Shown here: positions 1 to 7,955 of the stretch, one piece after another
Layout: each line of letters begins with the position of its first letter
How positions within the stretch are numbered: the first letter of the stretch is position 1
Assembly (NCBI GenBank): GCA_043228905.1
Contig: JBHGNT010000588.1
Coordinates: forward strand, 1 to 19,907
Direction of reading: 5' to 3'
Source: Azolla caroliniana
Lineage: Eukaryota; Plantae; Polypodiophyta
DNA: 19,907 bases
Made by a program: the position numbers and the translations under genes
Notes under the pieces: model-generated
What the model was told of the DNA's origin: nothing
The model's input: only the letters and a program-made list of their open reading frames with translations
Databases searched by the model: none

Positions 1-511
1 TCGCGATGAGCCACGTGACGAGGAACTGAGGCGAGAGTGCGGTGATTTCATCGACAAGCAGATCCGAGAGCTACAAGAGCGCTCCGAAAGAGAGGAAGGT
101 GAACAAGGACGTCGCTCCCCATGGATCGAAAACACTCGATACTCAAGACCCTCGGAACGGTGCTGCAGGAACGTCGAACGAATCCCCGCCGAAGATCGAT
201 GCGATCGCCTACGTGATGCCTTGTATGCTGACGAGGAGGAACGACGCAATGATGAAGGCCGACGCCATGGCCAACAATCAAGGGAACACCGTAGCTGGGA
301 GGAAGAGGACGAGGAGCGCGAGAGAGATAGCAGCCGTGAGCGACGAGAGGGTGACGAACGCCGCCACCGCATGTCTCGACGACAAGAGGACGAACGTCAA
401 CAACGTCGCCAATTCAAGGCCGATGACGAGGAAAGAGCTCTAGGCGTCGCCGCCTCCCGCCTACTCCAACAGTGCGATCTTCGCCCTCGTGCTTGTATTC
501 GTCGCTTCTAA
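1..511 (+). CDS. Arg/Glu-rich 2S albumin-like storage protein, 5'-partial copy (start upstream of window)
   Basis: Matches the 3' part of the 1381..2151 CDS; frame begins at base 2 (RDEPRDEEL...) and ends ...RACIRRF TAA at 509-511. Confidence 0.85.
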   Translation, partial: RDEPRDEELRRECGDFIDKQIRELQERSEREEGEQGRRSPWIENTRYSRPSERCCRNVERIPAEDRCDRLRDALYADEEERRNDEGRRHGQQSREHRSWEEEDEERERDSSRERREGDERRHRMSRRQEDERQQRRQFKADDEERALGVAASRLLQQCDLRPRACIRRF

Positions 512-610
512 ATAGTACATAAACCTTGTTCAAATTATTCTCGTGGTCTCTCTCTAATTTCTCGTAAGTGTTTACGAACAAGTGCGTCTCCCCAATCGCG
601 CATTACACCC

Positions 611-672
611 ACACGAACGTAAACACGAGCACCAACGTCCCTCCAACACGAACGTAAACACGAGCACCAACG
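611..672. repeat. 27-bp perfect direct repeat ACACGAACGTAAACACGAGCACCAACG x2 (611-637, 646-672), present in every unit
   Basis: Read directly; 8-bp spacer TCCCTCCA; starts 100 bp after the stop codon. Confidence 0.95.
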
Positions 673-1020
673 CATAGAATTTGCCTATAGGGACCGCAAA
701 CCACCCAAACGGAAAAAAAAACATCAAAGCAGGACACCCATACCGCACACGCCACGGCAACGGCTAAGGCTAAGGTCAACTTGTACACGCGGCGAATGTG
801 AACTTGCTTCCACACTTGCCCGATAGGACACTCCTAGTGTGGTAGTCCGGTTAGCTTTCCTTGTCGTCGTCGTTACCAACCCCTCGTCCGTCCGAACGAG
901 CGAGTACGGACACCGGTCTATCTACGTTCATCGATGTAGCACACTCGGGAGCCACCACTCGTCCCGCAGTAGCCTCCGCGTGCTTAGTGTCTCGGCACTA
1001 GCGCGTTCTAGTTTAATGTG

Positions 1021-1026
1021 CACGTG
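1021..1026. promoter_or_regulatory. G-box CACGTG (candidate bZIP/bHLH site), repeated in every unit
   Basis: Exact CACGTG 360 bp upstream of the ATG. Further ACGTG cores lie at 1184-1190 (ACGTGTG) and 1243-1248 (ACACGT, minus strand). G-box/ABRE plus RY is the classic storage-protein promoter combination. Function is inferred. Confidence 0.45.
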
Positions 1027-1272
1027 CCCGCACACCCCTACGCGCACGCGCGAGTGCGCACATTTACCTATGTATGTATAAATGTTATGTTGCTCGACAA
1101 GCTCTCGCGCGAGGAGGAGGAGTACCCGCTACAGGTTGCGCCCAGATTGTCTGGTGACAATACGACACCTAGGACTAGCCTAGACGTGTGGGAGGGTGGA
1201 CTAGTTGGTATGGGTCTTGGGCAAGAGTTGTACGCAGGACACACACGTTATGGTAATGGGAGTGGTGAGTGA

Positions 1273-1314
1273 CATGCATGTGCTCTGATTGCATGGCCAT
1301 GTGTATATATTAAA
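1273..1314 (+). promoter_or_regulatory. Core promoter: RY element CATGCATG (1273-1280), second RY core TGCATG (1290-1295), TATA box TATATATTAAA (1304-1314)
   Basis: Exact RY/Sph motif 108 bp and TATA 77 bp upstream of the ATG. RY is the known binding site of the B3 factors ABI3/FUS3/LEC2 in seed storage genes. Confidence 0.8.
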
Positions 1315-1380
1315 GGTGGAGGGAGCAATGTCAATACAATCCATTAGGAGACAAGCACCGGGATCATAAGGACAATCGCA

Positions 1381-2151
1381 ATGGCAAAGCTTACTTCCGT
1401 ATTCCTCATGGCCGTGATCATGCTCGCCGCGTGTACCGCGGCCAATGCTAGGTCTGTAGGGCGGGACCGTGAAGAGGAGCGACGCGATCGACGTCGTGAG
1501 GGAGACATTGACGAGGAGAGGCGCGATCGACGCCGAGAGGGGGAGTGCGAGCGACGTCGTGAGGGGTTCCTTGAGGAGGGGCGCCGCTACAGAGACAACA
1601 AGAGAGACTCCGAAGAGGAAAGGGAACGTCGTAGCCGTGGTCGCGATGAGCCACGTGACGAGGAACTGAGGCGAGAGTGCGGTGATTTCATCGACAAGCA
1701 GATCCGAGAGCTACAAGAGCGCTCCGAAAGAGAGGAAGGTGAACAAGGACGTCGCTCCCCATGGATCGAAAACACTCGATACTCAAGACCCTCGGAACGG
1801 TGCTGCAGGAACGTCGAACGAATCCCCGCCGAAGATCGATGCGATCGCCTACGTGATGCCTTGTATGCTGACGAGGAGGAACGACGCAATGATGAAGGCC
1901 GACGCCATGGCCAACAATCAAGGGAACACCGTAGCTGGGAGGAAGAGGACGAGGAGCGCGAGAGAGATAGCAGCCGTGAGCGACGAGAGGGTGACGAACG
2001 CCGCCACCGCATGTCTCGACGACAAGAGGACGAACGTCAACAACGTCGCCAATTCAAGGCCGATGACGAGGAAAGAGCTCTAGGCGTCGCCGCCTCCCGC
2101 CTACTCCAACAGTGCGATCTTCGCCCTCGTGCTTGTATTCGTCGCTTCTAA
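1381..2151 (+). CDS. Secreted Arg/Glu-rich 2S albumin-like seed/spore storage protein precursor, 256 aa (short variant)
   Basis: Good start context (gcaATGGC); hydrophobic signal peptide MAKLTSVFLMAVIMLAACTAANA; Cys at 56, 100, 141-142, 154, 245, 252. Motifs LRRECGDFI, ERCCRNVERIPAEDRCDRLRDAL and ASRLLQQCDLRPRAC resemble the 2S albumin helices. RY and TATA lie upstream; no intron is needed. Confidence 0.85.
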   Translation: MAKLTSVFLMAVIMLAACTAANARSVGRDREEERRDRRREGDIDEERRDRRREGECERRREGFLEEGRRYRDNKRDSEEERERRSRGRDEPRDEELRRECGDFIDKQIRELQERSEREEGEQGRRSPWIENTRYSRPSERCCRNVERIPAEDRCDRLRDALYADEEERRNDEGRRHGQQSREHRSWEEEDEERERDSSRERREGDERRHRMSRRQEDERQQRRQFKADDEERALGVAASRLLQQCDLRPRACIRRF

Positions 2152-2912
2152 ATAGTACATAAACCTTGTTCAAATTATTCTCGTGGTCTCTCTCTAATTT
2201 CTCGTAAGTGTTTACGAACAAGTGCGTCTCCCCAATCGCGCATTACACCCACACGAACGTAAACACGAGCACCAACGTCCCTCCAACACGAACGTAAACA
2301 CGAGCACCAACGCATAGAATTTGCCTATAGGGACCGCAAACCACCCAAACGGAAAAAAAAACATCAAAGCAGGACACCCATACCGCACACGCCACGGCAA
2401 CGGCTAAGGCTAAGGTCAACTTGTACACGCGGCGAATGTGAACTTGCTTCCACACTTGCCCGATAGGACACTCCTAGTGTGGTAGTCCGGTTAGCTTTCC
2501 TTGTCGTCGTCGTTACCAACCCCTCGTCCGTCCGAACGAGCGAGTACGGACACCGGTCTATCTACGTTCATCGATGTAGCACACTCGGGAGCCACCACTC
2601 GTCCCGCAGTAGCCTCCGCGTGCTTAGTGTCTCGGCACTAGCGCGTTCTAGTTTAATGTGCACGTGCCCGCACACCCCTACGCGCACGCGCGAGTGCGCA
2701 CATTTACCTATGTATGTATAAATGTTATGTTGCTCGACAAGCTCTCGCGCGAGGAGGAGGAGTACCCGCTACAGGTTGCGCCCAGATTGTCTGGTGACAA
2801 TACGACACCTAGGACTAGCCTAGACGTGTGGGAGGGTGGACTAGTTGGTATGGGTCTTGGGCAAGAGTTGTACGCAGGACACACACGTTATGGTAATGGG
2901 AGTGGTGAGTGA

Positions 2913-2954
2913 CATGCATGTGCTCTGATTGCATGGCCATGTGTATATATTAAA
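2913..2954 (+). promoter_or_regulatory. RY element + TATA box core promoter (copy)
   Basis: Same sequence as 1273-1314. Confidence 0.75.
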
Positions 2955-3020
2955 GGTGGAGGGAGCAATGTCAATACAATCCATTAGGAGACAAGCACCG
3001 GGATCATAAGGACAATCGCA

Positions 3021-3806
3021 ATGGCAAAGCTTACTTCCGTATTCCTCATGGCCGTGATCATGCTCGCCGCGTGTACCGCGGCCAATGCTAGGTCTGTAGG
3101 GCGGGACCGTGAAGAGGAGCGACGCGATCGACGTCGTGAGGGAGACATTGACGAGGAGAGGCGCGATCGACGCCGAGAGGGGGAGTGCGATGACGAGAGG
3201 CGCGAGCGACGTCGTGAGGGGTTCCTTGAGGAGGGGCGCCGCTACAGAGACAACAAGAGAGACTCCGAAGAGGAAAGGGAACGTCGTAGCCGTGGTCGCG
3301 ATGAGCCACGTGACGAGGAACTGAGGCGAGAGTGCGGTGATTTCATCGACAAGCAGATCCGAGAGCTACAAGAGCGCTCCGAAAGAGAGGAAGGTGAACA
3401 AGGACGTCGCTCCCCATGGATCGAAAACACTCGATACTCAAGACCCTCGGAACGGTGCTGCAGGAACGTCGAACGAATCCCCGCCGAAGATCGATGCGAT
3501 CGCCTACGTGATGCCTTGTATGCTGACGAGGAGGAACGACGCAATGATGAAGGCCGACGCCATGGCCAACAATCAAGGGAACACCGTAGCTGGGAGGAAG
3601 AGGACGAGGAGCGCGAGAGAGATAGCAGCCGTGAGCGACGAGAGGGTGACGAACGCCGCCACCGCATGTCTCGACGACAAGAGGACGAACGTCAACAACG
3701 TCGCCAATTCAAGGCCGATGACGAGGAAAGAGCTCTAGGCGTCGCCGCCTCCCGCCTACTCCAACAGTGCGATCTTCGCCCTCGTGCTTGTATTCGTCGC
3801 TTCTAA
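3021..3806 (+). CDS. Arg/Glu-rich 2S albumin-like storage protein precursor, 261 aa (long variant, +DDERR)
   Basis: Same as 1381..2151 plus 15 bp TGACGAGAGGCGCGA at 3191-3205. Confidence 0.85.
   Translation: MAKLTSVFLMAVIMLAACTAANARSVGRDREEERRDRRREGDIDEERRDRRREGECDDERRERRREGFLEEGRRYRDNKRDSEEERERRSRGRDEPRDEELRRECGDFIDKQIRELQERSEREEGEQGRRSPWIENTRYSRPSERCCRNVERIPAEDRCDRLRDALYADEEERRNDEGRRHGQQSREHRSWEEEDEERERDSSRERREGDERRHRMSRRQEDERQQRRQFKADDEERALGVAASRLLQQCDLRPRACIRRF
3105..3221 (+). repeat. Intragenic 39-bp (13-aa) tandem repeat x3: DREEERRDRRREG / DIDEERRDRRREG / ECDDERRERRREG
   Basis: Visible in protein and DNA. The third unit is complete only in long-variant copies and is 15 bp shorter in short-variant copies. 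Confidence 0.9.
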
Positions 3807-4567
3807 ATAGTACATAAACCTTGTTCAAATTATTCTCGTGGTCTCTCTCTAATTTCTCGTAAGTGTTTACGAACAAGTGCGTCTCCCCAATCGCGCATTA
3901 CACCCACACGAACGTAAACACGAGCACCAACGTCCCTCCAACACGAACGTAAACACGAGCACCAACGCATAGAATTTGCCTATAGGGACCGCAAACCACC
4001 CAAACGGAAAAGAAAACATCAAAGCAGGACACCCATACCGCACACGCCACGGCAACGGCTAAGGCTAAGGTCAACTTGTACACGCGGCGAATGTGAACTT
4101 GCTTCCACACTTGCCCGATAGGACACTCCTAGTGTGGTAGTCCGGTTAGCTTTCCTTGTCGTCGTCGTTACCAACCCCTCGTCCGTCCGAACGAGCGAGT
4201 ACGGACACCGGTCTATCTACGTTCATCGATGTAGCACACTCGGGAGCCACCACTCGTCCCGCAGTAGCCTCCGCGTGCTTAGTGTCTCGGCACTAGCGCG
4301 TTCTAGTTTAATGTGCACGTGCCCGCACACCCCTACGCGCACGCGCGAGTGCGCACATTTACCTATGTATGTATAAATGTTATGTTGCTCGACAAGCTCT
4401 CGCGCGAGGAGGAGGAGTACCCGCTACAGGTTGCGCCCAGATTGTCTGGTGACAATACGACACCTAGGACTAGCCTAGACGTGTGGGAGGGTGGACTAGT
4501 TGGTATGGGTCTTGGGCAAGAGTTGTACGCAGGACACACACGTTATGGTAATGGGAGTGGTGAGTGA

Positions 4568-4609
4568 CATGCATGTGCTCTGATTGCATGGCCATGTGTA
4601 TATATTAAA
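4568..4609 (+). promoter_or_regulatory. RY element + TATA box core promoter (copy)
   Basis: Same sequence as 1273-1314. Confidence 0.75.
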
Positions 4610-4675
4610 GGTGGAGGGAGCAATGTCAATACAATCCATTAGGAGACAAGCACCGGGATCATAAGGACAATCGCA

Positions 4676-5446
4676 ATGGCAAAGCTTACTTCCGTATTCC
4701 TCATGGCCGTGATCATGCTCGCCGCGTGTACCGCGGCCAATGCTAGGTCTGTAGGGCGGGACCGTGAAGAGGAGCGACGCGATCGACGTCGTGAGGGAGA
4801 CATTGACGAGGAGAGGCGCGATCGACGCCGAGAGGGGGAGTGCGAGCGACGTCGTGAGGGGTTCCTTGAGGAGGGGCGCCGCTACAGAGACAACAAGAGA
4901 GACTCCGAAGAGGAAAGGGAACGTCGTAGCCGTGGTCGCGATGAGCCACGTGACGAGGAACTGAGGCGAGAGTGCGGTGATTTCATCGACAAGCAGATCC
5001 GAGAGCTACAAGAGCGCTCCGAAAGAGAGGAAGGTGAACAAGGACGTCGCTCCCCATGGATCGAAAACACTCGATACTCAAGACCCTCGGAACGGTGCTG
5101 CAGGAACGTCGAACGAATCCCCGCCGAAGATCGATGCGATCGCCTACGTGATGCCTTGTATGCTGACGAGGAGGAACGACGCAATGATGAAGGCCGACGC
5201 CATGGCCAACAATCAAGGGAACACCGTAGCTGGGAGGAAGAGGACGAGGAGCGCGAGAGAGATAGCAGCCGTGAGCGACGAGAGGGTGACGAACGCCGCC
5301 ACCGCATGTCTCGACGACAAGAGGACGAACGTCAACAACGTCGCCAATTCAAGGCCGATGACGAGGAAAGAGCTCTAGGCGTCGCCGCCTCCCGCCTACT
5401 CCAACAGTGCGATCTTCGCCCTCGTGCTTGTATTCGTCGCTTCTAA
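4676..5446 (+). CDS. Arg/Glu-rich 2S albumin-like storage protein precursor, 256 aa
   Basis: Translation identical to 1381..2151. Confidence 0.85.
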   Translation: MAKLTSVFLMAVIMLAACTAANARSVGRDREEERRDRRREGDIDEERRDRRREGECERRREGFLEEGRRYRDNKRDSEEERERRSRGRDEPRDEELRRECGDFIDKQIRELQERSEREEGEQGRRSPWIENTRYSRPSERCCRNVERIPAEDRCDRLRDALYADEEERRNDEGRRHGQQSREHRSWEEEDEERERDSSRERREGDERRHRMSRRQEDERQQRRQFKADDEERALGVAASRLLQQCDLRPRACIRRF

Positions 5447-6207
5447 ATAGTACATAAACCTTGTTCAAATTATTCTCGTGGTCTCTCTCTAATTTCTCGT
5501 AAGTGTTTACGAACAAGTGCGTCTCCCCAATCGCGCATTACACCCACACGAACGTAAACACGAGCACCAACGTCCCTCCAACACGAACGTAAACACGAGC
5601 ACCAACGCATAGAATTTGCCTATAGGGACCGCAAACCACCCAAACGGAAAAGAAAACATCAAAGCAGGACACCCATACCGCACACGCCACGGCAACGGCT
5701 AAGGCTAAGGTCAACTTGTACACGCGGCGAATGTGAACTTGCTTCCACACTTGCCCGATAGGACAGTCCTAGTGTGGTAGTCCGGTTAGCTTTCCTTGTC
5801 GTCGTCGTTACCAACCCCTCGTCCGTCCGAACGAGCGAGTACGGACACCGGTCTATCTACGTTCATCGATGTAGCACACTCGGGAGCCACCACTCGTCCC
5901 GCAGTAGCCTCCGCGTGCTTAGTGTCTCGGCACTAGCGCGTTCTAGTTTAATGTGCACGTGCCCGCACACCCCTACGCGCACGCGCGAGTGCGCACATTT
6001 ACCTATGTATGTATAAATGTTATGTTGCTCGACAAGCTCTCGCGCGAGGAGGAGGAGTACCCGCTACAGGTTGCGCCCAGATTGTCTGGTGACAATACGA
6101 CACCTAGGACTAGCCTAGACGTGTGGGAGGGTGGACTAGTTGGTATGGGTCTTGGGCAAGAGTTGTACGCAGGACACACACGTTATGGTAATGGGAGTGG
6201 TGAGTGA

Positions 6208-6249
6208 CATGCATGTGCTCTGATTGCATGGCCATGTGTATATATTAAA
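6208..6249 (+). promoter_or_regulatory. RY element + TATA box core promoter (copy)
   Basis: Same sequence as 1273-1314. Confidence 0.75.
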
Positions 6250-6315
6250 GGTGGAGGGAGCAATGTCAATACAATCCATTAGGAGACAAGCACCGGGATC
6301 ATAAGGACAATCGCA

Positions 6316-7086
6316 ATGGCAAAGCTTACTTCCGTATTCCTCATGGCCGTGATCATGCTCGCCGCGTGTACCGCGGCCAATGCTAGGTCTGTAGGGCGGG
6401 ACCGTGAAGAGGAGCGACGCGATCGACGTCGTGAGGGAGACATTGACGAGGAGAGGCGCGATCGACGCCGAGAGGGGGAGTGCGAGCGACGTCGTGAGGG
6501 GTTCCTTGAGGAGGGGCGCCGCTACAGAGACAACAAGAGAGACTCCGAAGAGGAAAGGGAACGTCGTAGCCGTGGTCGCGATGAGCCACGTGACGAGGAA
6601 CTGAGGCGAGAGTGCGGTGATTTCATCGACAAGCAGATCCGAGAGCTACAAGAGCGCTCCGAAAGAGAGGAAGGTGAACAAGGACGTCGCTCCCCATGGA
6701 TCGAAAACACTCGATACTCAAGACCCTCGGAACGGTGCTGCAGGAACGTCGAACGAATCCCCGCCGAAGATCGATGCGATCGCCTACGTGATGCCTTGTA
6801 TGCTGACGAGGAGGAACGACGCAATGATGAAGGCCGACGCCATGGCCAACAATCAAGGGAACACCGTAGCTGGGAGGAAGAGGACGAGGAGCGCGAGAGA
6901 GATAGCAGCCGTGAGCGACGAGAGGGTGACGAACGCCGCCACCGCATGTCTCGACGACAAGAGGACGAACGTCAACAACGTCGCCAATTCAAGGCCGATG
7001 ACGAGGAAAGAGCTCTAGGCGTCGCCGCCTCCCGCCTACTCCAACAGTGCGATCTTCGCCCTCGTGCTTGTATTCGTCGCTTCTAA
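6316..7086 (+). CDS. Arg/Glu-rich 2S albumin-like storage protein precursor, 256 aa
   Basis: Translation identical to 1381..2151. Confidence 0.85.
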   Translation: MAKLTSVFLMAVIMLAACTAANARSVGRDREEERRDRRREGDIDEERRDRRREGECERRREGFLEEGRRYRDNKRDSEEERERRSRGRDEPRDEELRRECGDFIDKQIRELQERSEREEGEQGRRSPWIENTRYSRPSERCCRNVERIPAEDRCDRLRDALYADEEERRNDEGRRHGQQSREHRSWEEEDEERERDSSRERREGDERRHRMSRRQEDERQQRRQFKADDEERALGVAASRLLQQCDLRPRACIRRF

Positions 7087-7847
7087 ATAGTACATAAACC
7101 TTGTTCAAATTATTCTCGTGGTCTCTCTCTAATTTCTCGTAAGTGTTTACGAACAAGTGCGTCTCCCCAATCGCGCATTACACCCACACGAACGTAAACA
7201 CGAGCACCAACGTCCCTCCAACACGAACGTAAACACGAGCACCAACGCATAGAATTTGCCTATAGGGACCGCAAACCACCCAAACGGAAAAGAAAACATC
7301 AAAGCAGGACACCCATACCGCACACGCCACGGCAACGGCTAAGGCTAAGGTCAACTTGTACACGCGGCGAATGTGAACTTGCTTCCACACTTGCCCGATA
7401 GGACACTCCTAGTGTGGTAGTCCGGTTAGCTTTCCTTGTCGTCGTCGTTACCAACCCCTCGTCCGTCCGAACGAGCGAGTACGGACACCGGTCTATCTAC
7501 GTTCATCGATGTAGCACACTCGGGAGCCACCACTCGTCCCGCAGTAGCCTCCGCGTGCTTAGTGTCTCGGCACTAGCGCGTTCTAGTTTAATGTGCACGT
7601 GCCCGCACACCCCTACGCGCACGCGCGAGTGCGCACATTTACCTATGTATGTATAAATGTTATGTTGCTCGACAAGCTCTCGCGCGAGGAGGAGGAGTAC
7701 CCGCTACAGGTTGCGCCCAGATTGTCTGGTGACAATACGACACCTAGGACTAGCCTAGACGTGTGGGAGGGTGGACTAGTTGGTATGGGTCTTGGGCAAG
7801 AGTTGTACGCAGGACACACACGTTATGGTAATGGGAGTGGTGAGTGA

Positions 7848-7889
7848 CATGCATGTGCTCTGATTGCATGGCCATGTGTATATATTAAA
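7848..7889 (+). promoter_or_regulatory. RY element + TATA box core promoter (copy, upstream of the frameshifted gene)
   Basis: Same sequence as 1273-1314. Confidence 0.7.
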
Positions 7890-7955
7890 GGTGGAGGGAG
7901 CAATGTCAATACAATCCATTAGGAGACAAGCACCGGGATCATAAGGACAATCGCA

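Noticed and set aside
611-672. 27-bp direct repeat as a CRISPR array
   Set aside because: Only two copies per unit with an invariant 8-bp spacer, no cas genes, and a eukaryotic context.
754-777. ACGGCAACGGCTAAGGCTAAGG as a telomeric or interstitial telomeric repeat
   Set aside because: A degenerate 6-bp periodicity of about four units that does not match TTTAGGG, TTAGGG or TTAGGC.
736-1267. Long inverted repeat or MITE across the spacer (ACCCATACC/GGTATGGGT, CTTGCCC/GGGCAAG, TACCAAC/GTTGGTA, CACCACTC/GAGTGGTG)
   Set aside because: The 7-9-bp matches are not nested in a collinear order and I see no target-site duplication. Mirrored base composition explains them.
572-1272. Spacer ORFs of 62, 70, 80 and 84 aa
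   Set aside because: Short, some with non-ATG starts, no recognisable motifs, overlapping repeats and promoter elements. The 84-aa ORF is frameshifted in the last unit.
1450-1680. PawS1/SFTI-1-type buried cyclic peptide or vicilin-type CxxxC hairpinin repeats in the N-terminal region
   Set aside because: There is no Asn-Gly...Asp bounded peptide with a Cys pair and no CXXXC motifs; the region is simple R/E/D repeat.
1587-2012. Antisense 141-aa Ser/Arg-rich ORF, plus the 133-aa, 66/71-aa, 68/73-aa and 77-aa ORFs overlapping the main CDS in every unit
   Set aside because: These are shadow frames of a GC-rich, low-complexity R/E-coding sequence. They have no domain features or promoter of their own, and their conservation merely reflects DNA identity of the units.
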